Below, piece after piece: positions 47,826 to 58,192 of a stretch of DNA of 64,000 bases. The stretch lies in IMG/VR virus record IMGVR_UViG_3300046370_000603. The stretch is one strand, 5' to 3'. The position numbers and the translations under genes are program-made. Within the stretch, counting starts at the first letter, position 1. Every line of letters starts with the position of its first letter. Source of the DNA: a virus. The notes under the pieces are model-generated. The model was not told where the DNA came from, ran no database searches, and was given only the letters and a program-made list of their open reading frames with translations.

Positions 47826-48572
47826 ATGAACAAAACAATATGGATGTGCTGGTTCCAGGGAGAAAACGACCCGAGTATTCCTGCTTTAAACCGAGAATGT
47901 ATTAAACGGTGGAAGGAATTAAATCCCGACTGGGCGGTGATTGTTTTATCAGATAAAACAATTGGTCAATACGTACCAGAATACTTTAGTATTACAAAGG
48001 AATGTAAAGTACAAAGAACTCGTCAGGCTAAAAGTGACCTCTTAAGGTTACTTTTATTAGAAAAGTATGGAGGGGTTTGGGCGGATGCATCCTTGTATCC
48101 AGTAATTGATCTTAATTCAATGATGAAAGATTATTTAAATGAAACCAACTTTTTTGCGTATAGATATACACCAAGGTATGTAAATGACTGTGGAATAAAA
48201 GAAATTGCCAGTTTCTTTCTTATCTCTCCACATAAGGAATCATATATCATTCAAAAATGGAAATCTGAGTTTGTAAAAAGGTTTATCTCTAATTCTCCGA
48301 ATACAAATTGTAAGCCAATTAATTCTATAGAAAACTTCAGTAAAAATAATTTTGAATATCAGACTGTATTTTCTGTTATATCAGAACTTTATGATACTGA
48401 TGATAAAATTCAAAAAACTATAGACGGTATGCCACAAATTAGCGAGGAGCATACCCATAGCTTTGTCGGGAGAAAAGATAGGTATTTCAAAAATTTCTAC
48501 TGCCACACATATAAGAGACCAAATAAAAACTTAATGGAAAAATATTTAAACTCGTACCACATACCAGAATGA
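47826..48572 (+). CDS. Capsular-polysaccharide-synthesis family (GT32-like DxD) glycosyltransferase
   Basis: IWMCWFQG; SDLLRLLLLEKYGGVWADAS. Confidence 0.85.
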   Translation: MNKTIWMCWFQGENDPSIPALNRECIKRWKELNPDWAVIVLSDKTIGQYVPEYFSITKECKVQRTRQAKSDLLRLLLLEKYGGVWADASLYPVIDLNSMMKDYLNETNFFAYRYTPRYVNDCGIKEIASFFLISPHKESYIIQKWKSEFVKRFISNSPNTNCKPINSIENFSKNNFEYQTVFSVISELYDTDDKIQKTIDGMPQISEEHTHSFVGRKDRYFKNFYCHTYKRPNKNLMEKYLNSYHIPE

Positions 48573-48591
48573 GAATAGGTCTTTTTATATT

Positions 48592-49236
48592 ATGAAAACA
48601 ATATGGATGTGCTGGTTCCAGGGCGAAAACGACTCGAGTATTCCTTCTTTAAATCGAGAATGCATTAAACGATGGAGGGAATTAAACCCCGATTGGAAGG
48701 TAATTGTTTTATCAGACAAAACAATCGATCAATATGTCCCAGAATATTTTGATATTATTAACAATTCTCCCCCTAGAAAAATGGCGGCCTGTTCTGATCT
48801 CTTAAGAATTTTATTACTCTCAAAGTACGGAGGGGTTTGGTGCGATACAAGTGTGTATCCTATGCTTCCACTAAATAAATTCTATAAAAAAATAATTAAT
48901 CACACTAAGTTTTTTACTTATAGATTTATTCCTAGGGGTGGTTATAATAGGCGAAAAAAATGCGAAACAGTTAGTTGGTTTTTATGTGCAGACGAACCTA
49001 GATTATATTTAATAGAAAAATGGAAAGAAGCGTTTGTCAACAACTTTAAAACAATGCAGCGTTGGCCCTACTTTACATTCCACGAAACCCTAACAGAACT
49101 TTACGACTCAGACCCCGTCATTAAACAATCACTAAATGATATGATTCAAATTAGCGAGAAAATTCCTCACTCAGGTAATCCTTGGGGCAAGAGGAAAGAA
49201 TCTTTTCTTTACAAACGTCCGAATATTAATTTATGA
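48592..49236 (+). CDS. Capsular-polysaccharide-synthesis family (GT32-like) glycosyltransferase, paralog
   Basis: IWMCWFQG; SDLLRILLLSKYGGVWCDTS; first 156 nt ~88% identical to the previous gene. Confidence 0.85.
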   Translation: MKTIWMCWFQGENDSSIPSLNRECIKRWRELNPDWKVIVLSDKTIDQYVPEYFDIINNSPPRKMAACSDLLRILLLSKYGGVWCDTSVYPMLPLNKFYKKIINHTKFFTYRFIPRGGYNRRKKCETVSWFLCADEPRLYLIEKWKEAFVNNFKTMQRWPYFTFHETLTELYDSDPVIKQSLNDMIQISEKIPHSGNPWGKRKESFLYKRPNINL

Positions 49237-49856
49237 AATATATAGGTTTAGGCTCAGCTTGCTACATGAAGCAAAATCTTAAAGAATGGAATAAAGACCC
49301 TTTAGAAAGTTTATTCTTTGATTGGTTCATAACTAGCTTTCAAACAGTGCTTGATGTTTTATCAACTAAAGATGTGAAAAAACTTTTTGCAAAAAAATAT
49401 TTTATTGATGACACTCAAAATGACAAAAGGGCTCCACAAGAAAAGTCTTTATCAATGCGAATAAAATTATCCAGTGTTGATCATTTAGTTTCTATACATG
49501 ATATTAAAAACATCAATGAATATAAAGATTTTGCTGAAAAATATATTCGCCGATTCGACAGAATGATTGAATTAATTTGTAGCGATGAAAAAATAATCTT
49601 CATAAGGGGGGGGATAATGCCTTGGTTAAAATCAATCGCAACCCCAGAGCAAATCGATCTTTTTTTTAGTATAGTAAAATCAATAAACCCTGACTGCGAT
49701 TTTTTATTTGCTCAACTAGTTATAAACTCTGATAAGAACGAAGTAGTTAAATCAAAAAATTTTATAGAAATTAAAACTACAGAAAATAAAGATGATCAAC
49801 TTGGCACGAATTTAAACTGGGATTACTTTTTTAGAACAATTGAAAATGAATTATAA
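49233..49856 (+). CDS. DUF1796 family (putative papain-like) protein
   Basis: IGLGSAC, FFDWF, HD and KYIRRFDR motifs. Confidence 0.7.
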   Translation: MKYIGLGSACYMKQNLKEWNKDPLESLFFDWFITSFQTVLDVLSTKDVKKLFAKKYFIDDTQNDKRAPQEKSLSMRIKLSSVDHLVSIHDIKNINEYKDFAEKYIRRFDRMIELICSDEKIIFIRGGIMPWLKSIATPEQIDLFFSIVKSINPDCDFLFAQLVINSDKNEVVKSKNFIEIKTTENKDDQLGTNLNWDYFFRTIENEL

Positions 49857-50199
49857 TAATTATATCGGGGTAATCTTCTCTTCTGTCAGCGAGGAGTTTA
49901 TCCAAAAAATTTTAAGTCAAATGTCAAAATCTCAACTTGAGACTGGGAAAGAGTATTTTTATATTTTTTCAAATAATTCAAGAGTAAAAAATTTAATGAT
50001 AGATTTTTATTTTAAAGATGTAGCTTTTGGCGACCTATCAACTGAAAATGAAATTGCACTATTGCAAAATATTGATTATATTATATCTTCTAAAGAATTC
50101 TCAAAAGATAAATCCTTAAAAGGTAAAAGTATTGTAGTTCCATCGGAAGAATCTTTTTATTTTGATTTTAACCCTGAAGTCATTAGCAATTTTGTATGA
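49846..50199 (+). CDS. Hypothetical protein
   Basis: ~117 aa ORF overlapping both neighbours in the operon. Confidence 0.55.
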   Translation: MNYNNYIGVIFSSVSEEFIQKILSQMSKSQLETGKEYFYIFSNNSRVKNLMIDFYFKDVAFGDLSTENEIALLQNIDYIISSKEFSKDKSLKGKSIVVPSEESFYFDFNPEVISNFV

Positions 50200-51056
50200 C
50201 AAAATTTAGTTTCATCGCTGTTTCTAGAAATGATAGTTACGGAGGCGACTCTAACAAAAGACTAGAAAATACAATTAATCTACTTGGAAAACTTATTATT
50301 GAATCTGGAAGACAAGAAATTTTTGAAATTATAGTTGTTGATTGGGGTTCGTTTCTCGCCAACTTACATACAATTTTAAATATAGATGAAAAAATTAAAA
50401 AAATAATCAAATTTATAATTGTTCCTTTTGGTAAGGTAAATTATTATAATGCAGATTCGTCTTTTTCAGAAGTTCATGCAATGAATTGCGCCTTTAGAAG
50501 AATGTCTGGAGATTTTTTTATCAGGATAGATCAAGATACTATAGTCGGGGAAAGATTTTTAGATTTTTTAATTCAATCTAAAAAAATACCAAGCGTTTCT
50601 TTTTCTGGGAGAAGAGATTTTCAAGAGAACCAAAAGGGCAACATTGACTATTATTACAATATCATAAAAAGTCAAAAAAGTTTGGAAATTCCCCTTGCTC
50701 ACCCTAAAAACGCTTATAACAATTTGAAACAAGGTCACATTTTTTCTTTCTACGGATCAGCGGTTGGATGTTTAATGATTGAAAAACAAGCGTTTGAAAA
50801 TGCGAAAGGATTTAATGAAGAACTAGTTTTTTTAAATCAAATGGAAATTGATTTATTTAATAGGTTATCTATAAATTATAAAGTCTACAATTTAGGTTTA
50901 AAAGTTAACTTTGACTTTTATCATCAATATCATGATCGCTCTGATAATTCAAAAAGAATACAAAATTCAATTTTATATCGCAAATCTATTTTGCCCAACA
51001 ACAATCCTTCTTCCTGGGGTTTAAAAGATGAAAAATTAGAAATTTTTACATATTAA
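50196..51056 (+). CDS. GT-A-fold (GT2/GT7-like) glycosyltransferase
   Basis: SFIAVSRND, EIIVVDWGS, NCAFRRMSGDFFIRIDQD and GFNEEL motifs. Confidence 0.75.
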   Translation: MTKFSFIAVSRNDSYGGDSNKRLENTINLLGKLIIESGRQEIFEIIVVDWGSFLANLHTILNIDEKIKKIIKFIIVPFGKVNYYNADSSFSEVHAMNCAFRRMSGDFFIRIDQDTIVGERFLDFLIQSKKIPSVSFSGRRDFQENQKGNIDYYYNIIKSQKSLEIPLAHPKNAYNNLKQGHIFSFYGSAVGCLMIEKQAFENAKGFNEELVFLNQMEIDLFNRLSINYKVYNLGLKVNFDFYHQYHDRSDNSKRIQNSILYRKSILPNNNPSSWGLKDEKLEIFTY

Positions 51057-51073
51057 TTTAACATAAATATGTT

Positions 51074-52030
51074 GTGAACATATTAGTAACAGGCGGATTA
51101 GGCTTTATTGGAAGTAATTTTATAGAATATATATTTAATAAATATGACTATAACATTCACAATCTTGATTCAAAAACTTATGCGGCAAATTACAATAACA
51201 TAAGCGAAAAAATTCAAAAATCAGGAAGATACACTTTATCTATTTGTGATATTAACGACTCTAATCGTGTTAAAAATTTAATTAAAAAACAAAACATTAA
51301 TTACATTGTTAATTTCGCAGCGGAGAGTCATGTAGATAACAGCATAAGCAATTCAACACCTTTTATTCAAACCAACATTAATGGAACACACTCTTTATTA
51401 AGCTTACTTCATGATTGCCCAAATGTCGAGAGGTATCTTCAAGTATCCACAGATGAGGTGTATGGTAGTCTAACGGAAAACGACAATCCCTTTACTGAAA
51501 AAACTCCATTGCGAGCTAATAGTCCTTATTCCGCAAGTAAAGCTAGTGCAGATTTATTGTGTCGTAGTTTTTATGAGACTTTTAATTACCCTATTTTAAT
51601 TACTCGTTGCTCCAACAACTATGGGCCAAACCAACATGAAGAAAAATTAATTCCATTAATGATTAAAAATGCTAAAGCGGGAAAAAAACTTCCTGTTTAT
51701 GGTGATGGCAGGAACATTCGTGACTGGATTCATGTTTCAGATCATTGCTCAGGCATTGATGCAGTTTTACACCAAGGAAAAATTGGTGAAGTTTACAATA
51801 TCGGCGGCGAAAATGAAGTTCGCAATATTGACATTGTCAAAACTATTCTTAAGCTATTAGGTAAAAATGAAAACCAAATAGAATTCGTGAAAGATCGATT
51901 AGGTCACGATTGGCGCTATGCAATTGATAATACTAAAATTAAAAATGAATTAAATTGGTTTCCTAGTGTAAACTTTGAAGAAGGGTTAGAAAATTTATTA
52001 AAACCGAGTGCGTTAAATGAGTCATTTTAA
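51074..52030 (+). CDS. rmlB: dTDP-glucose 4,6-dehydratase
   Basis: LVTGGLGFIG, NFAAESHVD, VSTDEVYG, YSASK, RCSNNYGP, DRLGHDWRY. Confidence 0.93.
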   Translation: MNILVTGGLGFIGSNFIEYIFNKYDYNIHNLDSKTYAANYNNISEKIQKSGRYTLSICDINDSNRVKNLIKKQNINYIVNFAAESHVDNSISNSTPFIQTNINGTHSLLSLLHDCPNVERYLQVSTDEVYGSLTENDNPFTEKTPLRANSPYSASKASADLLCRSFYETFNYPILITRCSNNYGPNQHEEKLIPLMIKNAKAGKKLPVYGDGRNIRDWIHVSDHCSGIDAVLHQGKIGEVYNIGGENEVRNIDIVKTILKLLGKNENQIEFVKDRLGHDWRYAIDNTKIKNELNWFPSVNFEEGLENLLKPSALNESF

Positions 52031-52856
52031 AGTAGGAGTTATTGGACATGGTTTCGTAGGAGAAGCTCAATCATTTGCATTCTCACCAATATCCGAAATC
52101 CATGTATATGATATTGACCCATTAAAATCAAGCTCTACATTAGAACAAGTATACGAATGTGATTTTGTGTTTGTGGCAGTGCCAACCCCAATGTACGAAA
52201 ATGGAGAACAAGATTTGTCATATATTGAAGATGTATTTTCAAAAGCGCAATCAGGGCCCATCTACATTATTAAATCCACAGTAATTCCAGGCACCACCAC
52301 TAAACTAATTAATCAATATGCAAACTTAGATATAATTTTTTGCCCTGAATTTTTAACTCAACGCACAGCCAAGTTAGATATGTTAACTCAGGCGCGTATT
52401 ATCTTTGGAGGTGATCCTAGGTTAACTAAAAGAGTAGAAAAACTTTTTACGGCTCGATTCATGAATCGCAACATCATTCATACAGATTCAACAACCGCTG
52501 AATTAATCAAGTATATGAATAACAGCTTCTTCGCCACTAAAACATCAATAATGAATGAATTTAAAAGACTTTCCGATGCATTGGGCGCTAATTGGGAAGA
52601 TGCACTTTACGGTTTTGTATCTGATTGTAGGATAGGAGATAGTCATTTACATGTGCCAGGTCCAGATGGTAAACCAGGATACGGTGGCGTTTGTTTTCCA
52701 AAAGACGTAAATGCAATTACAAATTTAGGGAGGCAATTAGGCGTTCCACTTAATACAATTGAAGCTGGATGGAAAACTAATCTTGAAGTGCGACCTGAAC
52801 AAGATTGGTGCGATCTAGGCGAAGGCAAAACGTTAACCTTAAATAAAAATGAATAA
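52017..52856 (+). CDS. ugd: UDP-glucose/GDP-mannose 6-dehydrogenase family (short form lacking the C-terminal domain)
   Basis: GVIGHGFVG, VAVPTP, IKSTVIPGT, PEFL, AELIKY, GYGGVCFPKD. Confidence 0.85.
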   Translation: MSHFKVGVIGHGFVGEAQSFAFSPISEIHVYDIDPLKSSSTLEQVYECDFVFVAVPTPMYENGEQDLSYIEDVFSKAQSGPIYIIKSTVIPGTTTKLINQYANLDIIFCPEFLTQRTAKLDMLTQARIIFGGDPRLTKRVEKLFTARFMNRNIIHTDSTTAELIKYMNNSFFATKTSIMNEFKRLSDALGANWEDALYGFVSDCRIGDSHLHVPGPDGKPGYGGVCFPKDVNAITNLGRQLGVPLNTIEAGWKTNLEVRPEQDWCDLGEGKTLTLNKNE

Positions 52857-52871
52857 AAATAATTTAAACCA

Positions 52872-53555
52872 ATGAATATAACAAAAAGAGGTGCAACATT
52901 TAAAATTTCAAATTTTCAAAAACATCTTTCAGATTTTCAAAAAGACTGGTGGGAGAATGTTTTTCCACGGTGGGAAGAAGGAACCTATGATCGAATCATA
53001 CCCTGTTTAGATAAAAATAAATATTTTGTTGATATTGGTGCTTGGATAGGGCCAATCACATTAGTAGCTCAACATTTCTCAAGAGGATGTATTTCAATAG
53101 AGCCAGACCCTAAAGCATTTAAAGCATTAGAGGAAACAATTAAGTTAAATAACTTTAACAATATACACTTAGAAAATAAAGCGGTTTCTCTAGATGACTC
53201 CTTAAACCTTGGCGGTGCATTTGGAAACAGTACGACTTCTTATCTTGAAAAAGGTCAATCTATTATTTGTCAAACTATTTCGCTTGCTGATATTTTTCAT
53301 AAATACAGCTTAAGTGAAGAAAATGTTTCGGTAATAAAAATAGATGTCGAAGGTTATGAAAAAGAATTATTGCACGATGAATTTTTACAAAAACTTAATG
53401 TAAACTTACATATAAGCTTTCACTCTAGAATCTTTAAGAGATTTGGTCAGGAAGAGTCGTTTTATTCTTCTTTACCAAATTGGCTAGACCATGACATTAT
53501 AAATAAAATAAAAAAGGGCAATAATATTGATGTTTTTATACCAAAATCGCATTAA
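52872..53555 (+). CDS. FkbM-family methyltransferase
   Basis: FVDIGAWIG, IEPDP and IKIDVEGYE motifs. Confidence 0.9.
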   Translation: MNITKRGATFKISNFQKHLSDFQKDWWENVFPRWEEGTYDRIIPCLDKNKYFVDIGAWIGPITLVAQHFSRGCISIEPDPKAFKALEETIKLNNFNNIHLENKAVSLDDSLNLGGAFGNSTTSYLEKGQSIICQTISLADIFHKYSLSEENVSVIKIDVEGYEKELLHDEFLQKLNVNLHISFHSRIFKRFGQEESFYSSLPNWLDHDIINKIKKGNNIDVFIPKSH

Positions 53556-53561
53556 TAAAAT

Positions 53562-54293
53562 ATGAATAAAGTGTTAGCAGTACTAGTAAACTATGGAGAT
53601 GGGCAGCTAAATTACCTTGAGCAGGTAGTTAATTCTCTTAAGAGTTTTAAAAAGTATGAAGTTACAGTTATAGTAAACTCCAACATTCCTTTAGATATTA
53701 AAGGTATTGACCACATAAATGTAATTAAATTAGAAAACTATCAATTACTTCCTTTGACATGCAGGCGGGTACTATGGGACCACAGAGAAGACTTTGATGT
53801 TTTTATTTTTGGAGAGAATGATCACTTATTTTTAGAACATCACATCGATAGGCATTTAGAATATATAGAGATTTTACCCAAAAACAGAATATCAGGATTA
53901 ATTCAGTATGAAGATAACCAATCAGGAAGATACTATCCAGCATACCACGGTCGTTATGGTTGGGATTATAACTCTGTAGAAGACTATAGCGGCAAGAAAT
54001 TCGCGCATTTTACAAACATTCACCAAGCTAGTTTCATTATCACTCAAGAACAATTATTCAGAATAGGGCAGATGCATGATTTTACTCAGTTCTTTGGGGA
54101 TTCACACTACAGCTTGAAGTGTAAAGTTAATACAGACATATATCAGTTTTGTGATATGCAGAAAGTTATTTGTATTAGCGACTTTAAAGATAATGTAATA
54201 CATCACTTACCAGATAGGTATATTGACCATGAGCTAAACATAAAATCAGACAAAGAAATGCAAGATGATTTATTTAATTTATTAAACAAATAG
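53562..54293 (+). CDS. Hypothetical, possibly GT-A-like
   Basis: VFIFGENDH acidic motif in glyco-island context. Confidence 0.4.
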   Translation: MNKVLAVLVNYGDGQLNYLEQVVNSLKSFKKYEVTVIVNSNIPLDIKGIDHINVIKLENYQLLPLTCRRVLWDHREDFDVFIFGENDHLFLEHHIDRHLEYIEILPKNRISGLIQYEDNQSGRYYPAYHGRYGWDYNSVEDYSGKKFAHFTNIHQASFIITQEQLFRIGQMHDFTQFFGDSHYSLKCKVNTDIYQFCDMQKVICISDFKDNVIHHLPDRYIDHELNIKSDKEMQDDLFNLLNK

Positions 54294-54327
54294 ATTTTTT
54301 ATAAAAGTAGAGTATTAAATAATTAAT

Positions 54328-54789
54328 GTGAATAAAGAAATAATAGGTTTTACCGCGGGCAACTTTGATTTGCTGCACCCAGGCTACATTTACACCTTCG
54401 AAGAGGCGAAGCGACATTGCGACCGTTTTATGGTTTTTTTACAGCGAGATCCAAGCGCTACAAGGTTTACAAAATACAAACCCGTCATACCATATTACGA
54501 ACGCTACAAAGCATTAATGGCTATAAAATATATAGACGAAGTATATATGTATCAAACAGAAGAAGAGTTGATTAATCTAATCAAATTCTGGAAACCTGAT
54601 ATACGCATACTTGGAGAAGATTATATAGGAAAAAGCTTTACGGGAGATGATCTTCCACCAAAAGTTATATATACTACTCGCTCTCATGAATGGTCTACTA
54701 CTCGATTAAAAGATTTGATTACAAAACAAACAATTAAACAAAACCCAGGCATATTTAAAAATGAGCAAGTTAGCGACAAATCCATATAA
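54328..54789 (+). CDS. Cytidylyl/adenylyltransferase (TagD/HldC-like)
   Basis: GNFDLLHPGY (HxGH variant), YIDEV, LGEDY and STT motifs. Confidence 0.85.
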   Translation: MNKEIIGFTAGNFDLLHPGYIYTFEEAKRHCDRFMVFLQRDPSATRFTKYKPVIPYYERYKALMAIKYIDEVYMYQTEEELINLIKFWKPDIRILGEDYIGKSFTGDDLPPKVIYTTRSHEWSTTRLKDLITKQTIKQNPGIFKNEQVSDKSI

Positions 54790-55411
54790 ATCTACTAATG
54801 ATTTTGAAGCTGCTCTGGCGCATTATACTGGCTCAACTTATGCGGTTTGCTTAGATAACATGAGCAATGCGTTATTTCTGTCACTGTATTATGAAAATCA
54901 TGTGAAAAAATCGTGCGATGAATATATTACAATTCCATCAAGAACATATCCCTCTGTGCCCTGTGAAATTATACATGCAGGACTCAAAGTAAAATTCAAA
55001 GAAGTAAAAGGAGAAACATTAACTGGGGCTTATTTACTCGAGGGTAGTAATGTTTGGGATTCGGCTTTAAGATTTACCGCAGATATGTATATTCCCAACT
55101 CTCATATGTGCATATCTTTTACTGGTCCTTATAAACATTTTAAACTTAGTAAAGGGGGCGCAATTCTTACAGATTCAAAAGAGGCAAATGCTTGGTTTAG
55201 GCGGGCAAGATACAGCGGAAGAAACGAATGCTCTTATCATGAAGATAATTTTGATATGTTGGGTTGGAATTTTTATATGATGCCAGAATTAGCATCAAGA
55301 GGTTTATTATTAATGAATCAATTTTATAATCTAGATGGTTCAAAAAAACAAAACAAAGATTTAACTTTACCATACCCAGATTTAAGTACTTATCAAATTT
55401 ATAAACCATGA
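54761..55411 (+). CDS. DegT/DnrJ/EryC1/StrS-family PLP sugar aminotransferase (short form)
   Basis: FEAALAHY, WDSA, SFTGPYKH, GGAILTD, GWNFYM. Confidence 0.75.
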   Translation: MSKLATNPYKSTNDFEAALAHYTGSTYAVCLDNMSNALFLSLYYENHVKKSCDEYITIPSRTYPSVPCEIIHAGLKVKFKEVKGETLTGAYLLEGSNVWDSALRFTADMYIPNSHMCISFTGPYKHFKLSKGGAILTDSKEANAWFRRARYSGRNECSYHEDNFDMLGWNFYMMPELASRGLLLMNQFYNLDGSKKQNKDLTLPYPDLSTYQIYKP

Positions 55412-55992
55412 GTAACATGTTAAAATGCTTAATAGGATACGGGGGGCATGCAAGAGAAATTATGGCTCAAATGGATGAGCGCCTACCTTGTTTTGTTGAT
55501 GATGAATATATATGTGAAAATTCATTACCACTATCCAAATTTGATCCAAATAAATATTTGGCTATGATTGCGATAGGGCACAGTCAAAAGCGAAAACAAA
55601 TGTTTGAAAAACTTCCAGCAAACACAAAATACTTTTCCTTCGTTCATCCCTCTGCTCAAATCATGGATAATTCTATTTTTATAGGTGAAGGTTCCTTTGT
55701 TGGCGCAAACTGCATATTAACAACAAACATTAAAATAGGCGATCAAGCTATCTTAAATCGAGGGAATCATATTAGCCATGATTGTATAATTGGAGACTTT
55801 TTTAGCGCTATGCCAAATTCAATAATTTCTGGAAATGTAAGAATAGGAGATATAGCATACCTTGGTGCTAATAGCTGCATTAAAGAAAAAATAAACATTC
55901 ACAATAATGTTATTATAGGCATGAACAGCGGAGTAATTAAAGACATAAACAGACCAGGAAGCTACGTTGGCTGCCCAGCAAAAAAAATATAA
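55408..55992 (+). CDS. NeuD/PglD-family sugar acetyltransferase
   Basis: IGYGGHARE, AIG, VHPSA, hexapeptide repeats, HDC, VGCPAK. Confidence 0.9.
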   Translation: MSNMLKCLIGYGGHAREIMAQMDERLPCFVDDEYICENSLPLSKFDPNKYLAMIAIGHSQKRKQMFEKLPANTKYFSFVHPSAQIMDNSIFIGEGSFVGANCILTTNIKIGDQAILNRGNHISHDCIIGDFFSAMPNSIISGNVRIGDIAYLGANSCIKEKINIHNNVIIGMNSGVIKDINRPGSYVGCPAKKI

Positions 55993-56012
55993 ACAAAAAC
56001 ATACCATTAATC

Positions 56013-56618
56013 ATGATAATTAATCTCGAAAAAAAAATAAAAGATATATCTAAAAAACCTTCAGATATTCATGAGCATATCCTAAATATGATTCACTATG
56101 CGAAAGACTGTTCTCATATCACAGAAATGGGAGTCAGGAAAATAGTTTCAACCTGGGCTTGGCTATACGCCTTAAATGACCCCCAGCAAGAATTAAAAGG
56201 TGAGTTAGTATCTTATGACATTCAAAATCCAAACAGATGGGATGCATCAATACAAGATGTATACGATACAGCAGAACATTATAAAATAAAGTTTGAGTTT
56301 CACGAAAAAAATGTCCTTGACGTAGAAATTGATGAAACCGATCTTTTATTTCTAGACACGTGGCATTCATATAAACAACTCAAAGCAGAACTTAGCCTGC
56401 ATTCAGAAAAAGTTAAAAAATATATCGTATTTCACGACACTACTAGTTTTGCAGATGCAGACGAGGGTTCATACAAAAACTGGGGGGAAGAGTGGGCGCC
56501 AGAAGGTATAGGCATTTGGAGAGCGATTGAAGAATTTCTTAATAATTCACAAAATTGGCAGTTAGAAAAAAGGTATACAAACAATAATGGATTAACAATA
56601 ATTAAAAGAACGCAATGA
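56013..56618 (+). CDS. Class I SAM-dependent methyltransferase (Methyltransf_24-like)
   Basis: TEMGVR, DLLFLDTWH and IVFHDT motifs. Confidence 0.8.
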   Translation: MIINLEKKIKDISKKPSDIHEHILNMIHYAKDCSHITEMGVRKIVSTWAWLYALNDPQQELKGELVSYDIQNPNRWDASIQDVYDTAEHYKIKFEFHEKNVLDVEIDETDLLFLDTWHSYKQLKAELSLHSEKVKKYIVFHDTTSFADADEGSYKNWGEEWAPEGIGIWRAIEEFLNNSQNWQLEKRYTNNNGLTIIKRTQ

Positions 56619-57310
56619 CTATCCATATATTTTATAGACACTATAACACTCCCGAAAAAAGTTCGAAAAGCCGCCCTCCTTGGTTTTCGTATGAAAAATG
56701 TTTTACCAACCTTTTAGACACTATTAAAGATAAAGATGTAAAACTCAATATTGTTTTTGACCAATCATCAGGTAATCATTTAAATAATTTTATATTCCAG
56801 CACGAAGATCGATTTACTTTACATGAAATTACTGCAGGCAATGATGCAAGTTCGTATTTCCAAACATGGCATCTCGCAAAAAATCAAAACATACCTGAAA
56901 ATGATTTAATATATTTTTTAGAAAATGATTATCTTCATGTTTCGAATTGGGTCGATCTTGTTGTTGAGTTTTTTCGGGATAATCCAAAAAATATGAAAGA
57001 CAACTATCTTTCTCTTTACGATCATAATGATAAATATTTTTATGGAATGTATAACGATTTAACTTCAAAAATTTTCACTACGAAAAACAGGCATTGGAGA
57101 ACAACGCCAAGCACGTGCGGAAGTTTTATTGTCAACAAAAACGTTTTTGATTTAGATTTTGACATCCACTCTACTGTACCTGGAGATCACCAAAAGTTTT
57201 TAGACTTAAATTCCGAAAGGGGTAGGTGGGTCATCACACCTATTCCATCTTTATCAACCCATTGCATGCCAGGTCTTCTTGCTCCAACAATTAACTGGGA
57301 ATCCATTTAA
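56615..57310 (+). CDS. Putative GT-A-fold glycosyltransferase
   Basis: IYFLENDYLH, SLYDH and PIPSLSTH motifs. Confidence 0.55.
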   Translation: MTIHIFYRHYNTPEKSSKSRPPWFSYEKCFTNLLDTIKDKDVKLNIVFDQSSGNHLNNFIFQHEDRFTLHEITAGNDASSYFQTWHLAKNQNIPENDLIYFLENDYLHVSNWVDLVVEFFRDNPKNMKDNYLSLYDHNDKYFYGMYNDLTSKIFTTKNRHWRTTPSTCGSFIVNKNVFDLDFDIHSTVPGDHQKFLDLNSERGRWVITPIPSLSTHCMPGLLAPTINWESI

Positions 57311-57319
57311 TATTTTCAT

Positions 57320-58168
57320 ATGTATATAGTTTTAGGCAAAAACGGATATATAGCAGAAGCTATAATTAAAGAATTAAAATCTCGCAATTTAAGGCATGTC
57401 GCTTGGAGTAGAACTGATGTTGACTACACAAATCTTGCAGAACTAAAATATAACCTTTATATTTTAGGTGACGATTTACACATTATAAATTGCGCGGGGT
57501 ATATTGGTCAGCCAAATGTTGATGCTTGTGAATTAGCGAAAGCTGATTGCGTGGAGGGTAATGTTTTACTCCCCATGATGTTAGCTCAATTGAGTAATGA
57601 AAAAGAATATGATTTTACACAAATATCTTCAGGCTGTATTTATGGAGGTTATGACAAGCATTTTACAGAAAACGACACTTCCAATTTCGATTTTCAAAAC
57701 GGAAGTTTCTACAGTGGAACAAAAGCTCTCGCTGAAAAAGTTGTTAAACGAAACAACCCTAACGCTTACATCTTTAGATTGCGCATTCCATTTGACGAAC
57801 ATGCATCTCCTAGAAATTATATTACTAAATTACTATCTTACGACAAACTACTCAATCTAGAAAACTCCCTATCTCATAGAGGAGACTTTGCGAAGCACAG
57901 TATTGAGTTGTTACAACAAAAAGTCCCAAAAGGAATATACAACATAACAAATAAAGGATTTATCAATGCTGAAGGAGTGGTTAATTTGATTAAAAAATAT
58001 AACTTATCAAAAAAAGATTTTAAATTTTTTGAAAACACCAAATCCTTTAATCAAGAAATTGTTGCGCCAAGATCAAATTGTATCCTAGACACTTCAAAAG
58101 CAGAGCAATACGTTAAAATCAGAACGGTTCAAGAAGCTTTGGAAGATTCTTTATCGAAATATGGTTGA
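57320..58168 (+). CDS. NDP-4-keto-6-deoxyglucose 3,5-epimerase/4-reductase (NRS/ER-type, RmlD superfamily)
   Basis: INCAGYIGQPNVDACE, ISSGCIY, GSFYSGTK, RLRIP, RNYITKL. Confidence 0.8.
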   Translation: MYIVLGKNGYIAEAIIKELKSRNLRHVAWSRTDVDYTNLAELKYNLYILGDDLHIINCAGYIGQPNVDACELAKADCVEGNVLLPMMLAQLSNEKEYDFTQISSGCIYGGYDKHFTENDTSNFDFQNGSFYSGTKALAEKVVKRNNPNAYIFRLRIPFDEHASPRNYITKLLSYDKLLNLENSLSHRGDFAKHSIELLQQKVPKGIYNITNKGFINAEGVVNLIKKYNLSKKDFKFFENTKSFNQEIVAPRSNCILDTSKAEQYVKIRTVQEALEDSLSKYG

Positions 58169-58192
58169 TTTTTAGAATTTATATCTTATAAT
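58165..58192 (+). promoter_or_regulatory. Sigma70-type promoter TTGATT-N16-TATAAT
   Basis: The -10 box ends 6 nt before ATG 58199. Confidence 0.5.
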
